A model generated the notes under the pieces. It ran no database searches. It was not told the DNA's origin and saw nothing but the letters and a program-made list of their open reading frames with translations. A stretch of DNA of 64,000 bases from Paramecium tetraurelia (lineage: Eukaryota), in assembly GCA_000165425.1 (NCBI GenBank), contig CT868285.1:1-64000 (forward strand), read 5' to 3'. How positions within the stretch are numbered: position 1 is the stretch's first letter; each line of letters begins with the position of its first letter. Positions 41,603 to 53,910 of this stretch are shown here, piece after piece. Position numbers and translations under genes: made by a program.

Positions 41603-43203
41603 TCATTTTTAATTGAACGAGTACATATAGATGTCATTGAAGGACATCAAATTTCTGTCTCCACCAAACACTATCATTATTTCGCCCATTACAATAGCAC
41701 TGTGACCATCTCTAGCACATGGCTTTTTGCCACTAAGAGATGCTTAAATTGCATTCTTTTTTCCTGTTGGTGATTATATCTTTCTCTACCCTCCTTGTTT
41801 TTCTTAATTTGTGATCACACTTATTGAATTCTTGATCTAGTCAGTAGTTGGTGATGAACTCCTGTATTTCGATTTTTCTTCCTCATTCAATTCGAATTCA
41901 GCCCTTATATAATATTATGATGATACAGCATTTAGTTTTTCTTTTGTTGTAATCTCTTCTTTTTCTACTCATCCATACTGTTTAATTAGAAATTATTGTT
42001 TGTGTCAGTAGGTTGCTTTTAATCAAGATTTTTCACTGAATTTCTTCTCTAATGAATAGAATTCTTAGGCTCATCATCCAATAATAAAAAGGATCTAGGT
42101 TCATTTCTACCTTTCTCCTTCTTTTATGGTCTTGCTTAACTTGCTTTATCAAATGCAGAATCATTTAGCATTTCATCTGCCACCTATCTTCTACTAGTAT
42201 CTTCCTCCAGTTGCATCCATTCATTTGTTCGGTATAACCACAAGTCATTTTTCTCATGAGTTATATCATGAATTCCTCCAAATAACATAATTCCTTAAGG
42301 ATGAACTAGCAAAGAAGTGGATGATCTTGTCTATAAGTTATAAATTAAATAATTTACTCCTGGAGACTTTTCTGTTACAATTAATCCCCATTATCTATTT
42401 TCCAAATCAAATTTCCAAAAATCTCCAAATCTTGATTCGTAATTGCATCCTCCATATACATACAATGTGTTTCCAATTAATGTAACTCCTGCTTCTGCTC
42501 TTCCTTTTGGAAACTGTGCTGAGTTGTTATCTCCTTTGAATATCATTGTCCAAACTTCCTTCTACAAATCATAAAATAATATTGATGATCTATATCCAGT
42601 ATCACTGTAAAATCCTCCAAAGACAACCATCTATTACTAAAAATAATTGTATGCATTTCTACCTATTCACTCCATAAACAACTTGAATGACCTTCCACAG
42701 CCATCTTCTTGCCATCAATTATACATTCCTTCCCCTCAATAAATACTTCTTCCTAAAAATCATAGATCCATAATTTTGCAGTTGGAGACATCAAGTTTTC
42801 CTTCCCTCCAAACATGTACATTTTATTTTAATGAACTATTGCTGTGTGGTTTCTCAATGGCCCTGGAATGAGATTATTTTCATTATCTGCTGCTGCTTTC
42901 TTAATCAAGGTTGTCCAACAAAAAGGCTTTGGTGAAACAGGTGATGGTATTCTGCAAAAGTCACTCAGAATTCCCTCGTTTGTTTCATATCCTCCATAGA
43001 CATAAAGACTAAGATTGTTAATATTACATTACAAATTCTCATGAGCCACACATGAATGATATGATCTTCTATGTATATTTTTACCCAATGGTTTCAATTC
43101 TTACCACCTTGGAAATATATCCTACATTTTATTTAGTATATACTATCTATGATTTTGATCTTAGGAATTCCTCATCATCATCCAATAATTTCTTTCCCTT
43201 CAT
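41603..43203 (-). CDS. Kelch-repeat protein
   Basis: Repeated RxxHS...LYVYGG / MFGG / VFGG / IVFGG motifs; short introns. Confidence 0.9.
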
Positions 43204-43218
43204 AATTAATATTTATTT

Positions 43219-43950
43219 ATGTATTAAATAGAACTTAAAGTAGTAAAAAGTGTAAAACCAACAATTCGAGCATAGTCATTCAAAAAGATCCTGTTTATAA
43301 AGAATGCTTTATTGGATATGTCGAGCATATGTTCAAAATGTCTTTGAGACTTAAATGTAATATAACTTGGAAAAATGAAAAACTATTGAAATGATTTTTG
43401 CTTCTCTGGAGGATCATAATTGCTCATTTAATTTAAGATACTCAACAGCCTTAGCAAAATTGGCTAGTGATGTTGTTCATTCAACTTGTGCTTATAAGAT
43501 AAACAAAATGTTATTGAAGCACATGTTTTGTACATACATGAAAATAGTGTTTAGAACGAATTTATTAATGAATATGAATATATAACGATGAAACCTAAGC
43601 ACCCCTAAGATTACTCTAATTTTATCACTAATGAATGTAAATTATCTTTCAAAATAATTAATATCCAATCTATATACCCAGATCCTTTCAATTTTACTAA
43701 AATAGTTTCATAATTTAATAGAAAGTGGATTTGTAAGAGAAGACTAGGGACTGGAGTTTATAATTGTCCTGAAGTTGAAACTTTAGAATATCTAATTAAA
43801 ATTTGAGTAATTATTTAAGAGCCAATACGAAATATTATAATAAAATTTGCTTTTCTTGTAACTTAATGCTATAATCTAAGAAAGAATTAGACCAATTTTA
43901 TAATTTGGAAAGATTTCAGCCTTTAATTATCTAACCTGCTGATCATATTC
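43219..43950 (+). pseudogene. CTU2: Decayed CTU2-like (cytoplasmic tRNA 2-thiolation protein 2) remnant
   Basis: KCKTNNSSIVIQKDPVYKECFIGYVEHMFKMSLR..EKLL, then frameshifted CFSGGS and AHVLYIHEN, resembling the CTU2 N-terminus; TGAs, frameshifts and truncation. Confidence 0.5.
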
Positions 43951-44035
43951 AATGAGTATTATATAGTATTAATTATATACTACATTTAATTAATTAATAA
44001 TTAAATATAGTATTTTAAATTTAAGGTTTTATTTT

Positions 44036-44134
44036 GATCACCCCGAGGATTAGCCAAGACCAGTCCAAGGAGCCACTAAATTTTGATTTCTGCTCGTTCG
44101 AAACGTGCAGCTACCTTATTCTAACTTTTTTTTT
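44036..44134 (+). ncRNA. tRNA-like Pol III-type element (degenerate tRNA or small RNA)
   Basis: GC-rich island in very AT-rich spacer; A-box-like TAGCCAAG (44051), B-box-like GTTCGAAAC in hairpin CTGCTCG-TTCGAAA-CGTGCAG, T9 run at 44126-44134; no acceptor-stem pairing. Confidence 0.45.
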
Positions 44135-44248
44135 AATTTTAAAATAATAATTAAATTAATAATATATATTATATTTAAATATATAATTAATAATATATTA
44201 TTTATAATAATATAAAAAGAATGATTTAATTATTATTTACTATTTATA

Positions 44249-46519
44249 TCATTTTGTAATATTTAACAGAGATATTTTATTTTTTCCTATCTATCCTGTT
44301 ATTAGTCTTCTTCTCTTGATTAAATGGATTGCAAGTTAAACATTATCTATATTAGCAATCATTGTTACCTGATTTCAAGTAATACCATATTAATAAATTT
44401 AAAATTGGAACTGGAATAGCTAAATTAATTGCATTTATATTGATATCACAGCAATTCATTATAGATTGAATTGAATTCCAAGCCTAAGTCAAATTATTGT
44501 TGTGGAGATGAAGAGCTGACAAATTAAAATGATAAATAGCTTTAGAGTTATAATTTGAAATACAAGTTGTCTGAATTCCTACTATGTTTCTACATTAAAA
44601 TTATAAATTGGTATTATTATTATTATTAATTCTATTTAAAAATTAAGAGACACTGCTGCTGTTGATAAAATTAATGGCATCCTTCAGCTTTGATATTTAT
44701 ATGTATGCTTCCAAAACATATTGAATAATAATGTATTTATTATTATCTGAAAGATTGTATTCTAAGGCTTCCTTACCTTGAGATAATGCTAAGTTGTAAT
44801 CTCCTCTGCACAGCAAAGAATAAGTTAAAAATACAATAGAGGACTCAAAAATTTAAGACCCTTAGATTGACAATTATTCTTGATCTAAATGAATGATTTC
44901 CTCTCTTTTTTCTTTTTTGGATAAGATTATTGCATTACGAAAAGATCTCTAATAGATTTTATTTATCTTACTTTATGGCATTGTTTAGTAATTCCTTATT
45001 CGCCTTAGATTAAACAAATTTGTTATCTTCATTCTTCTAATCAATTTTGTAAAACTAATCCTACACTTCCTCATCGGCATCACTATAAATTTCTCTACTT
45101 GGAAGAATGATCTTCTTGCCTTCATCTTGAGTATTTAATTAAGACTGATCTTCTGAAATTTCGTATATTTCATTCTTGTCAGGCATAGATTCATGGTAAA
45201 TTTGAATGTAACAAACTCCTCTATTGTACCAAAACTTAGCGCTCTGATTGCACAAATCCTACAGTTGATTATAAACGTTGAGGGCCTTTTAGTATTACTG
45301 ATCCATAAACAAAGCATCTGCTAGATTTTAATACATGGCATATAATCTTTGCTTCACATTATTCATAATGATCCCTTCATATAGATTTTACTGTTATTAG
45401 ACTAATTTGGTTTATGATATAGCTTTATGAAAATAAACAGCAGCGAGTGCATATTTGCCCATTTTGGCATGAACACACCCTAGGTTATTAAAAATTTAAG
45501 CCAAATAAAGGAATTGTTTGGATTGAGCGAATTCTGCATTTTGTTGGTTTTAAATTTCAGGTTATGGAGTCATCATTTTAAGGCACTTATGCACATTCTC
45601 ATTCAGTGTTAAATGCCTTTAAGCTTTCATCAATTTAAGAATCATTTGGGCATGTAATTTCAAATATGGTTGTATGTCTTGTGAAAAGGATGGCAGTGAG
45701 TTTTATGATATTCCATTTGATGAATCCAATTAGGTCATATAGTTTTTAAACGATTATTCTAGAGGGTTTAATTATTTTTTCTAATCTTTTGTGTTCGACA
45801 ACATGTAAAAACGACACTTAATAACATTTAGGAGAAAAAGGAATTCCTCTTTGCTAAATGTATTGGGGTGTGAATCTGGATAAGGCAAATCTGACCCAAT
45901 TAAAAGCGATGTATAGTTTTATTAGGATTGCTATTATTGTTAATCATCAATCTGATTAGGTTTGGTTTGTTTTTGTTACAGTGATTTTAAAGTTTCGTCA
46001 GAGGATAACTTTTTGTACAATTCACTTGCATAAACATATTCTTGTAATTGAAATGAGGTTTCCACTAGAAGTAGATTTACTTTAATGTTCAAGTAAATGT
46101 CAAGGTTGTAATTGTCTTTCAACTATTTCAAGAGGTTATGAGCTTGTCTAATCTTCCCACTCAAAAATAGCATGATTGCTTTATTGTATTGCAAAATGCT
46201 ATCATCATCTTGTTTCTTTTCTAAAATGATAAACTGGCTTTAATTATTACTTTTTTATGTTTAGGGTTTTCTAATTTCATCGATGATTTCATCTAATTTT
46301 TAAATACAGACATTGGCATCCCTAGTTATATTGTATTCACAAAGTATGATATTTTCATTAATTTGCACCATAGATTGATTTTGATCCGACTGCTCTTTAA
46401 GCTGTTTAAATTTCTGCAATTCCCTAGACTTAAATTGTAGATTACTCCATAGATTCTTTGTAATGTCCTTCTCCGAAATGTTTGAACGAATTTTATAAGA
46501 TTGCAAATGATTATGCCAT
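44249..46519 (-). CDS. CNOT10: CCR4-NOT subunit 10-like TPR protein
   Basis: SFKHFGEGHYKESMEEL, LQYNKAIMLF, FNNLGCVHAKMGKYALAAVYFHKAI, AKFWYNRGVCYI, C-terminal LAIHLIKRR; 22-nt first intron. Confidence 0.75.
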
Positions 46520-46538
46520 AAATTATAAACAAATTATT

Positions 46539-47649
46539 TCAAAAATCTCCCTAATCTATTTAAGTTCCGAACATGATGTATTACAACAGACCACTTCCTA
46601 TCAAATATAAGCCGAAACCTCTATAAAGACCTTTGATGCCTTCTTCTTGAGTTATCAATCTCAAAGCATGGAAGGGTCCTGAATATCTTATGGGGATCAT
46701 CCCGGGTAATGTAGACTAGATTAAATTTTATAGATAAGCATACTTAACAATGCAATCTTCTTACTATGGTTAGAAATGGATAGGATATTAGATTGTAGGA
46801 TAGGTATAAATAGAGCATCTAGAATTATTCCAATTTTTAAGAGAATTGAATAGGCACTTGCACCAAAAAGATGAAACCATTTTTGTATAAATACGTAGTA
46901 GATCCTTGGAAGTATTCTTTCTTATGTCTAACATGCTTTTTGAAGGCACTCAATAAATTCTTATACAAATAAAAATTGGGTAATCTATTTTGCAATATGA
47001 ATCTCGATTGGAATAACATAAATGGATTACTGGCAACATCAGAAACAGTTACCAATCCTAGGATCACAGCTTAACGTAATAATTGGTTTCCTTCATGCCA
47101 CATAGCTCCTAATCTAAAATCTAAGTCAGATAATAATTTAATCTTCAAATGACTATTAGCCAATAGGTGAAGAATGCCAATCAAATTTCCTTTGAAAAAT
47201 GCCTACCATCCCTAATTTGTCAATCCCTAAAAGGCTTCGCGATAAGTAGTGTAGATAGGAGCTCTGAATGGCTTGTTGCTTCCAACAGCACCACTCTTAA
47301 TCAATAACTCAAATTTCCTCTTTTCATGAGGTTGTATGTCTCTTGTTGTTTTGACCAATTATGTCGATGTCTTTGTACCTGATTCTTCTGGTAAATCACC
47401 GTATTTATTTTAATGAGGGATGACTGACAGTTATAAGGATGTATAGATGGTATTTAATGGAGCAACGAATGTTGTAACAATGGATTGAGTAAAGTAATTG
47501 ATCCAAAAATGCTTGGTGGTTTCTGCCTCTATTTATTTAAGGGTTTGTTCATTGATGAATAGATTTGGATCTACGCTCTTTTTCACACTCTCTTAGATTG
47601 ATTAATTGTCTTTGTTAGAAAGAAATTATGAGAAATCTTTACCACTCAT
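46539..47649 (-). CDS. Mitochondrial carrier family (SLC25) protein
   Basis: Three carrier repeats (APLNTI..GWQAFFKG; NPFMLFQSR; YPFLTI..EEGIKGLYRG). Confidence 0.88.
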
Positions 47650-47681
47650 TATTTATAATTATATGAATTCATCATCTTATC

Positions 47682-48085
47682 TCATTAATTTTGTTATGGC
47701 TATTCAAATTATCCCTTTACGACTCTTGGAACCTCCAATTTCACTTCAATAACCCTTTTAATCAACATATCCACAACTGCCAATTTATTAGCTTCATAAT
47801 CTTGATATATCTTATCAATTTCTGCCTTTGTTTTTCTTTCCAATTCTTCTTCCTCCTTAGTAGACCCAAAACGCTTCAGTTATTCTTTAATATTACTCTC
47901 AGAATTTCTTGATTGTATTTGGTTTCTTCCTCTCTTCGGAATACTGCAATCTCCTAATCGGCAGCTACCTTAGCCTCTTTAATTTTTTTCTCTCTCTCTT
48001 TCTAAGCAACCTTTATAATGTTATTTGCTTCTTCTTCAGCCTTCAATAACTCATCAACAGCCCAGTTCTCTCTTCCTTCAGCCAT
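47682..48085 (-). CDS. ATP6V1G: V-type ATPase subunit G
   Basis: AVDELLKAEEEANNIIKVAQKEREKKIKEAKVAADQEIAVFRREEE...VVDMLIKRVIEVKLEVP; one intron. Confidence 0.92.
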
Positions 48086-48142
48086 GGTAATATATAATTT
48101 TATTAAATGATTTAATAAAAATGTTCATCTAATATTGCATAA

Positions 48143-50059
48143 TCACTGATGACTCAACAATTATCTTTATGGTCTCATCTAATCAATTTCAAAAGCTCTC
48201 TGCAAGCACTCTTAATCCCCTTCAATGGTGATTTTCTGTTGCTAATTTGTATAAAACGTGATTCGCATCGAATCAGGCATTTTAATAGATTATATTAAAA
48301 AGTTCTATAATTCTCTTGGTATGCTTGGAGTTGGACCACAAATTTTGAGTGAAGCACCTTAGAAGTCACATTCAGAAAATGCATAGAAACACATTTCATT
48401 CTATTAAACTTCTAATAAATCAGCTTATGGAACATTCTAATTTTCAATATCTTCTGAATCTGAATCATCTGTTGATTGATCAAACTCAATTGAATCTGAT
48501 TATAAATCATTGGCTTCCTCATAGAATTCTTATTAATTTAATTCTTCTGGCAATTCTTCGTATTGATATTCATAGACATATTCATACTCTCCAAGTTCAT
48601 CATCGTCAATATCATCGTAAGCATATTCATAAACGTATTCATATTCCTCAGGCTTTTCATTTCGATTTTATGTTTTTAAACTATTAACCTTTGAATTCAA
48701 TTGAATGAATGAAATATCGTCTTCTTTAGGAATTGGAGTGCATTCAAATTTCTTCTGATCTGAGACTTTAGTGTTTTCAATGACTGAAACAATTTCATTA
48801 AATAACTCTTCTGGTCCTTTGCTTGTGATAATCATAAAATAATAAATGGACTTAACCTTATCGATTCCTTCCAATAAATCATAAACTAGTAATTACAAAG
48901 ACAGTATTACATTCAGGTGTTTAGGTTTGTAGCCTCCTTTTTATTCCATTGTACCCTGGTTCTATTATTAATGCACTATAAAGCTTTTGATCTCCAAGTT
49001 TAATCGCTTGAAATGCTCCACTGTATCCTCCTGAATGGAAGTCAAAATCTTATATATTGCATTTCATAGCCAATTAGGCAGTAATTGAAACAAACTTTTA
49101 ATTTTTAGGCGATATTGTTGTCAATAACATACCATTAATTGCCTTCTCAAGTGATCTAAAGTTTTTATCTGTCTATAAAAATGGATCTAGATTAATTTTA
49201 GAAGTTTAAATTACATTTTGTGAATAGCACTTTTGTTTATCCTCCTTAGGTATATGAACACATTTTCTTTTGGCATGTGATTTTAAGTACGGGGATATCA
49301 GACAAGGCTTCAGCTAGATTGGCAATGGAAGGTGGCTTACAAAAGAATTGATCGCACTTTTCTTATTGAAGACAATTTATTTACTTCCTTAGTTAATGTC
49401 CTCCAAAATTCCCTGGACACCTAATAAGAATGACTCGTCTGCAGTGAAATCACTATTTGTTCCAGTCTCCAATGTTGCAAATACCATAATCACACTTTTC
49501 TTTGAGAATTGTAAACCAGTAAACTCTTATATTTATAACATTTTACAGATTGCATAGTTTCTTTTTCTTCTTTAAATAATTCTCTTTTCATTTCTTGTTT
49601 ATCACTAATTACAATTTAATGTATTGCATATTTTTTATCTCCCTCGATTATTGTTTTTAAATAAAAGGCCTTAGGTATCTGAGCTTGTTTGTACTACCTC
49701 TTTAAATTAGTTTTGATATATGTTTGTATTATGTTTTCTTGTGATTTCTCCACAACAAATATATAAATTCCATTCTAAATTGAACTATAGTGAATTGAAT
49801 TCGTCCCAAAATAATCCTTCCCCTCCTTTAAACTATCCATTGTTTATTTGTGTGTTTTCACAGAGAATCGCACATCCCCTTGAAAACTCACATATCTCTC
49901 TTTGCTTGTATCTATTGGTAATGGATCGCCACCAATCAATTCTATCAAGTCAATATTAGCACAATTATAGACTTTTGATTCAGGACCAGCAGACATTTGC
50001 ACTCCAACAACTGTGAGTACCAATAAAAACAATACAAAAGCCGTTTTAATTATAATCAT
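48143..50059 (-). CDS. Secreted protein with acidic repeat and C-terminal beta/gamma-crystallin-like domain
   Basis: Signal peptide MIIIKTAFVLFLLVLTVVG, acidic EYEYVYEY x2, C-terminal CFYAFSECDFQGASLKICGPTPSIP...MRITFYTN; internal exon structure only partly resolved. Confidence 0.7.
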
Positions 50060-50595
50060 TATTATATTATTTTTTTGCTTGAGGTCTAACCTCTTTTTGT
50101 TCCACTCAACGTTTTACTCTTGATCACCTGATGCCCCTTCCAATCCTTACCATAATCACCTTTGAAACAGTGATAGTCACTCAAACAAGCCTATTGTAAT
50201 GGAATCGATGAATAAATTTACTCTCCTGCCATCGATATTCGAGATTAGATTTTTAAAGCCATGTTTTACATCAACGCTTAAGTTGTCTTGCGATACACAG
50301 GCTTCCCTTATTCATCTAGACAACTATCTAAATCTAGGCGCTAGATATCAGATTTTTATAAATTTGGATTTTCAATGTAAAATTGCTCTAAATATCGTAT
50401 TTCCCCTCCTAATTTGTGTCTTTGCCATCCGAATTCAACTACTTCTATACACTTTTATTCTTCGCTTATTTTCTCCTTTATCGGTGACAGTTCCTTCATA
50501 GGACTCACAATCAAAAAACCGCTGTCGTTCTAATCTTTCGTTATTGAAGCCTTCTTGCTTTTAGAATATCCCTACTAATTTTTTTGCGCAGACAT
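50056..50595 (-). CDS. Hypothetical protein (179 aa)
   Basis: Intronless ciliate-code frame MSAQKNQQGYSK...TSSKKIIQQ*; 540 nt. Confidence 0.7.
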
Positions 50596-51019
50596 ACTTA
50601 ACCACAATTCAAATTTGAATTATAATTATATATAAAATCAATAAAAATCAATTTTGTATTTCACTCTCCAGGTTAAATAAATCTCTAGGCAAGTTGTTTA
50701 ATATTGACTATTTTTATTTTTTCTCGTTTGATTGATGATTTCAGAAATCTCTCCTTTAAATTCTAAGTTGAATAACATAGCAAATCTAACAGATTTTCCT
50801 AACTCATTTTACTAATCGAGATTATCATAGCGTCCTTAGATTTCACACCGCAATGTGTATAACAGTCATTTTAGGTTGATTTCTTGATGCTATTTTTTTT
50901 ACAAACAAATGCGCTAGCTAAACACTTGTTCTACTTTTAAATATAGTCTTAATCGTCTTCAGTTCGAATATTCTTTGCAATCTAAAGTTATTTTACATAT
51001 TATAAAAAATAATAAATAA

Positions 51020-51340
51020 TCATTTTAAAGCATTCATTTGCTTTATCAAGTAATTTAGATTAAATGGAAAATTTGGACCTTAAAATCGAGTTACTTTAGA
51101 ATTTCTTTTAGGAACAATTATCTATCCCACTTCAAAATTAAATGTTTGTATCGCAGACTTTTATCTCGTTTAAATTGATTTCATTCTCCTCTATGGCGAA
51201 AAACTCGTTCTAGTTCTTCGAACACCAGCAAAATCTTATATTGGTTCTATAAATTTTCTTTTCAAAATTGAGATTGCCAATTTAGGCTCTTTGCACAATC
51301 GCTTAGGTTGGAGTGTATAAGAATGCTAATATATGTCCAT
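51020..51340 (-). CDS. Hypothetical basic protein (106 aa)
   Basis: MDIYQHSYTLQPKRLCKEPKLAISILKRK...QMNALK*; 321-nt open frame. Confidence 0.55.
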
Positions 51341-51634
51341 TATTAATAATATTGATTTTTATTAATAAATATTCGAACAGATATAATATATTCAATAGAA
51401 AGTACGGTTTAAAATTCATCAACATTGCACAACCATACTTTTTCTGAATCATATCTCCAATATCAATAATACTTTCAATGCAACATTATGAAAGTGACTA
51501 AATTTCAAATTAGGTTTGCATTTTTATGCATTTAAATCAATATCCTTTGTAATCGAAGATAAATAATATCGTTAAACTAAAACTATTATATTGCTTATAT
51601 ACTAAAATTTATATTTATTTTTTATTAATAAATA

Positions 51635-52576
51635 ATGAATGTCCTACTCAAAGGTATGAAATAATTGAGTTACCGCCCTTCATTTCAATATTGGCTTAGT
51701 GCTCATCCAACTACCAAAAGCATATCCTAATTGAGTCCAAGATAATTATTGGACACAGCCTTAATTAAAAGAATCTGTCAAAAGCAAATCCCAAAACATA
51801 CTATTATGAGTCAATTTTGTCTTTGGCATGGCAAATAACCTAAATCAGGAAACCAGACTTGTTTTTCAGAAAAGAAGTGAGCATATCCATTCATATATAG
51901 AACTCGACGATCTTGGATGCCCAATGTTCAAAAATAAACTTATGAATCCTTAATTTTAGGAAGAAAAATACATGTTAAAGTTACTACAAAGACAATGAAA
52001 TGTATTCGAAAGGCTGGCAGCTTTGATAATTATGTTTTATTGACTAAACCTTAAGATTTAGATTCTATTTATGGTGAATATTTAAGAAAATTGATGCTTA
52101 CTAAAGTTAATGACCCTTCTTTTGAGGTTAATATTTTACTAAATAATTTAGATACCACACGTTTTAAAAGCTCGGCCTCACAAATACTCAAGAAGAGCAC
52201 AACGATTTAGCAGAAGACCTGCAATTGTATGGCATCCACCTGAAATCAGACATAAAGATTTGACATTTTTGAAAATAAGAACAACCAATGAAATGAATCC
52301 TGAAGAATTAAGAAAATTAAGAGAATATGACTCTTTGAAAGATAGGGTATATACCATTAAATTTCTTAGTTTGAAGATATTAATGATTTATTGCATCCTA
52401 TTTTAAATGAAAAGTTCTTCGAGGACGAAAAAGAATGGCCTAAATTTGAACAAGTTGAAGGAGAGAAAGCATTGGCTGAATTTTTAAAGAAGAAAGATAA
52501 GGAGAAAATCAGACTTACATTAAAATCAGTTGAAGAAACACTAAGAGAAAATAATAAAGCATTAGGGATTTTTTGA
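51635..52576 (+). CDS. MRPL28: Mitochondrial ribosomal protein bL28m
   Basis: LWHGKQPKSGNQTCFSEKKTRRSWMPNVQ...VKVTTKTMKCIRKAGSFDNYVL L28 motif; three introns. Confidence 0.88.
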
Positions 52577-53285
52577 TCGTCAATTTGATATAGCAATTAT
52601 AATAAGAGACAATAAAAGTAATTTATTGGAAAAATAATTATTTTCAATTTTTAAACTAAAGAGGTTAACTTTATTGATAAAGAATTTGGAACAATTTTTC
52701 TCATAGAAATCTTTAAATACTATCTCTTAAGGAAAAATATTATTTTTATAAAAATTCTTACATTTATTCTCCAACTTCTTTATCCATTTTTGAAAATTTA
52801 ATTCTAAATTGTCAAATTCTTAAACTACTATTTTTTGTTTCAAAGTATTTGTATAAATAAAACTTTACATCGCTTCTAATTAATTTACAAAAAAGAATGA
52901 AATCAATTTTGATATCCATTCTAATTGTTAAAATATTATATTTATATAAAACCATCAAGCAACCAAGTAATAGTTTGGCTTGAAGTTATATTCATCAGGT
53001 ACTTATCTACAATTTCTTCGATTAATGTTCTTAAATGGAATACCAAAAAAATAGAATATATAATTTATTTCGCCTTTCTTGTGGAATTTGTTAATCTCCA
53101 TTTTATGAATATAATATATAAACCACTAATTTCATTTTTCATTCTTATAGCAGATCAAAAGAGTTGCAAAAGTAATCAAAAAGTTAACACAATAATAAAA
53201 TGTTGTAATATTAAACGTTAAATTACAGTGATAGAAACATTAGAATTTCAATAGCATTTTAGATAATAATTATATTCTTTAACAA

Positions 53286-53747
53286 TCAGAACTAATTGTT
53301 GGATTCTAATTTAAATTTCCTCTCCGTAAACATTGACATATCTCTAATTCTTAAATTGACCTTTTTAGTATTCATCTAGATCGAATATGCCCTCCTTCTT
53401 GTTTCTATTGTATATAAATTAATACTGTTGCAGAAGCTGTTATTTCCTGTATTGAGATTATAGTATTTGGTAAGTATGTTTTTTTACCACCCGCTTTGGT
53501 AAGGAGTGAAGTCTTATGTGATTTTGGGTGTTTATTTGAATTCCTAACTTGCTTGATTGATCATGTCCTTAATTGATGATTGTTTGATGAATTTTTATTA
53601 AATTTAGTGAAAATCTAATTTAGTTGGTTAGGCCATAATCTTTGGTTATTTATGGTTTATTTGTTATTCTTATGAGATCTGCATGATATCAGCAATAGAA
53701 ACCGGTGTTTCTTCTTATAGGCAATAAGAAAGTGCTTTGTCTAACAT
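53286..53747 (-). CDS. Hypothetical protein (153 aa)
   Basis: MLDKALSYCLQEETPVSIADIM...ESNNQF*; 462-nt open frame. Confidence 0.55.
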
Positions 53748-53910
53748 AAAAATAATATAAAAATTACATAAATTCGAAATATTATTTATTTAAGAAATAG
53801 TTATAGTACTAATAGCAATTTAAAAAGGGTATCGTAATATAATAATTTGAATGATTTTATTAAATAAATTTTCCATTTTTAGAAATAATCCTTAATTTTT
53901 TTATATACAT

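Noticed and set aside
51020..51023. Second ATGA stop/start overlap
   Set aside because: The downstream frame is short, lacks a credible signal peptide and hits a TGA; A before TGA is common in AT-rich DNA.
16295..52576. Apparent cluster of mitochondrial genes (Rieske, ATP synthase b, carrier, bL28m)
   Set aside because: They are spread over 36 kb among unrelated genes, as expected by chance.
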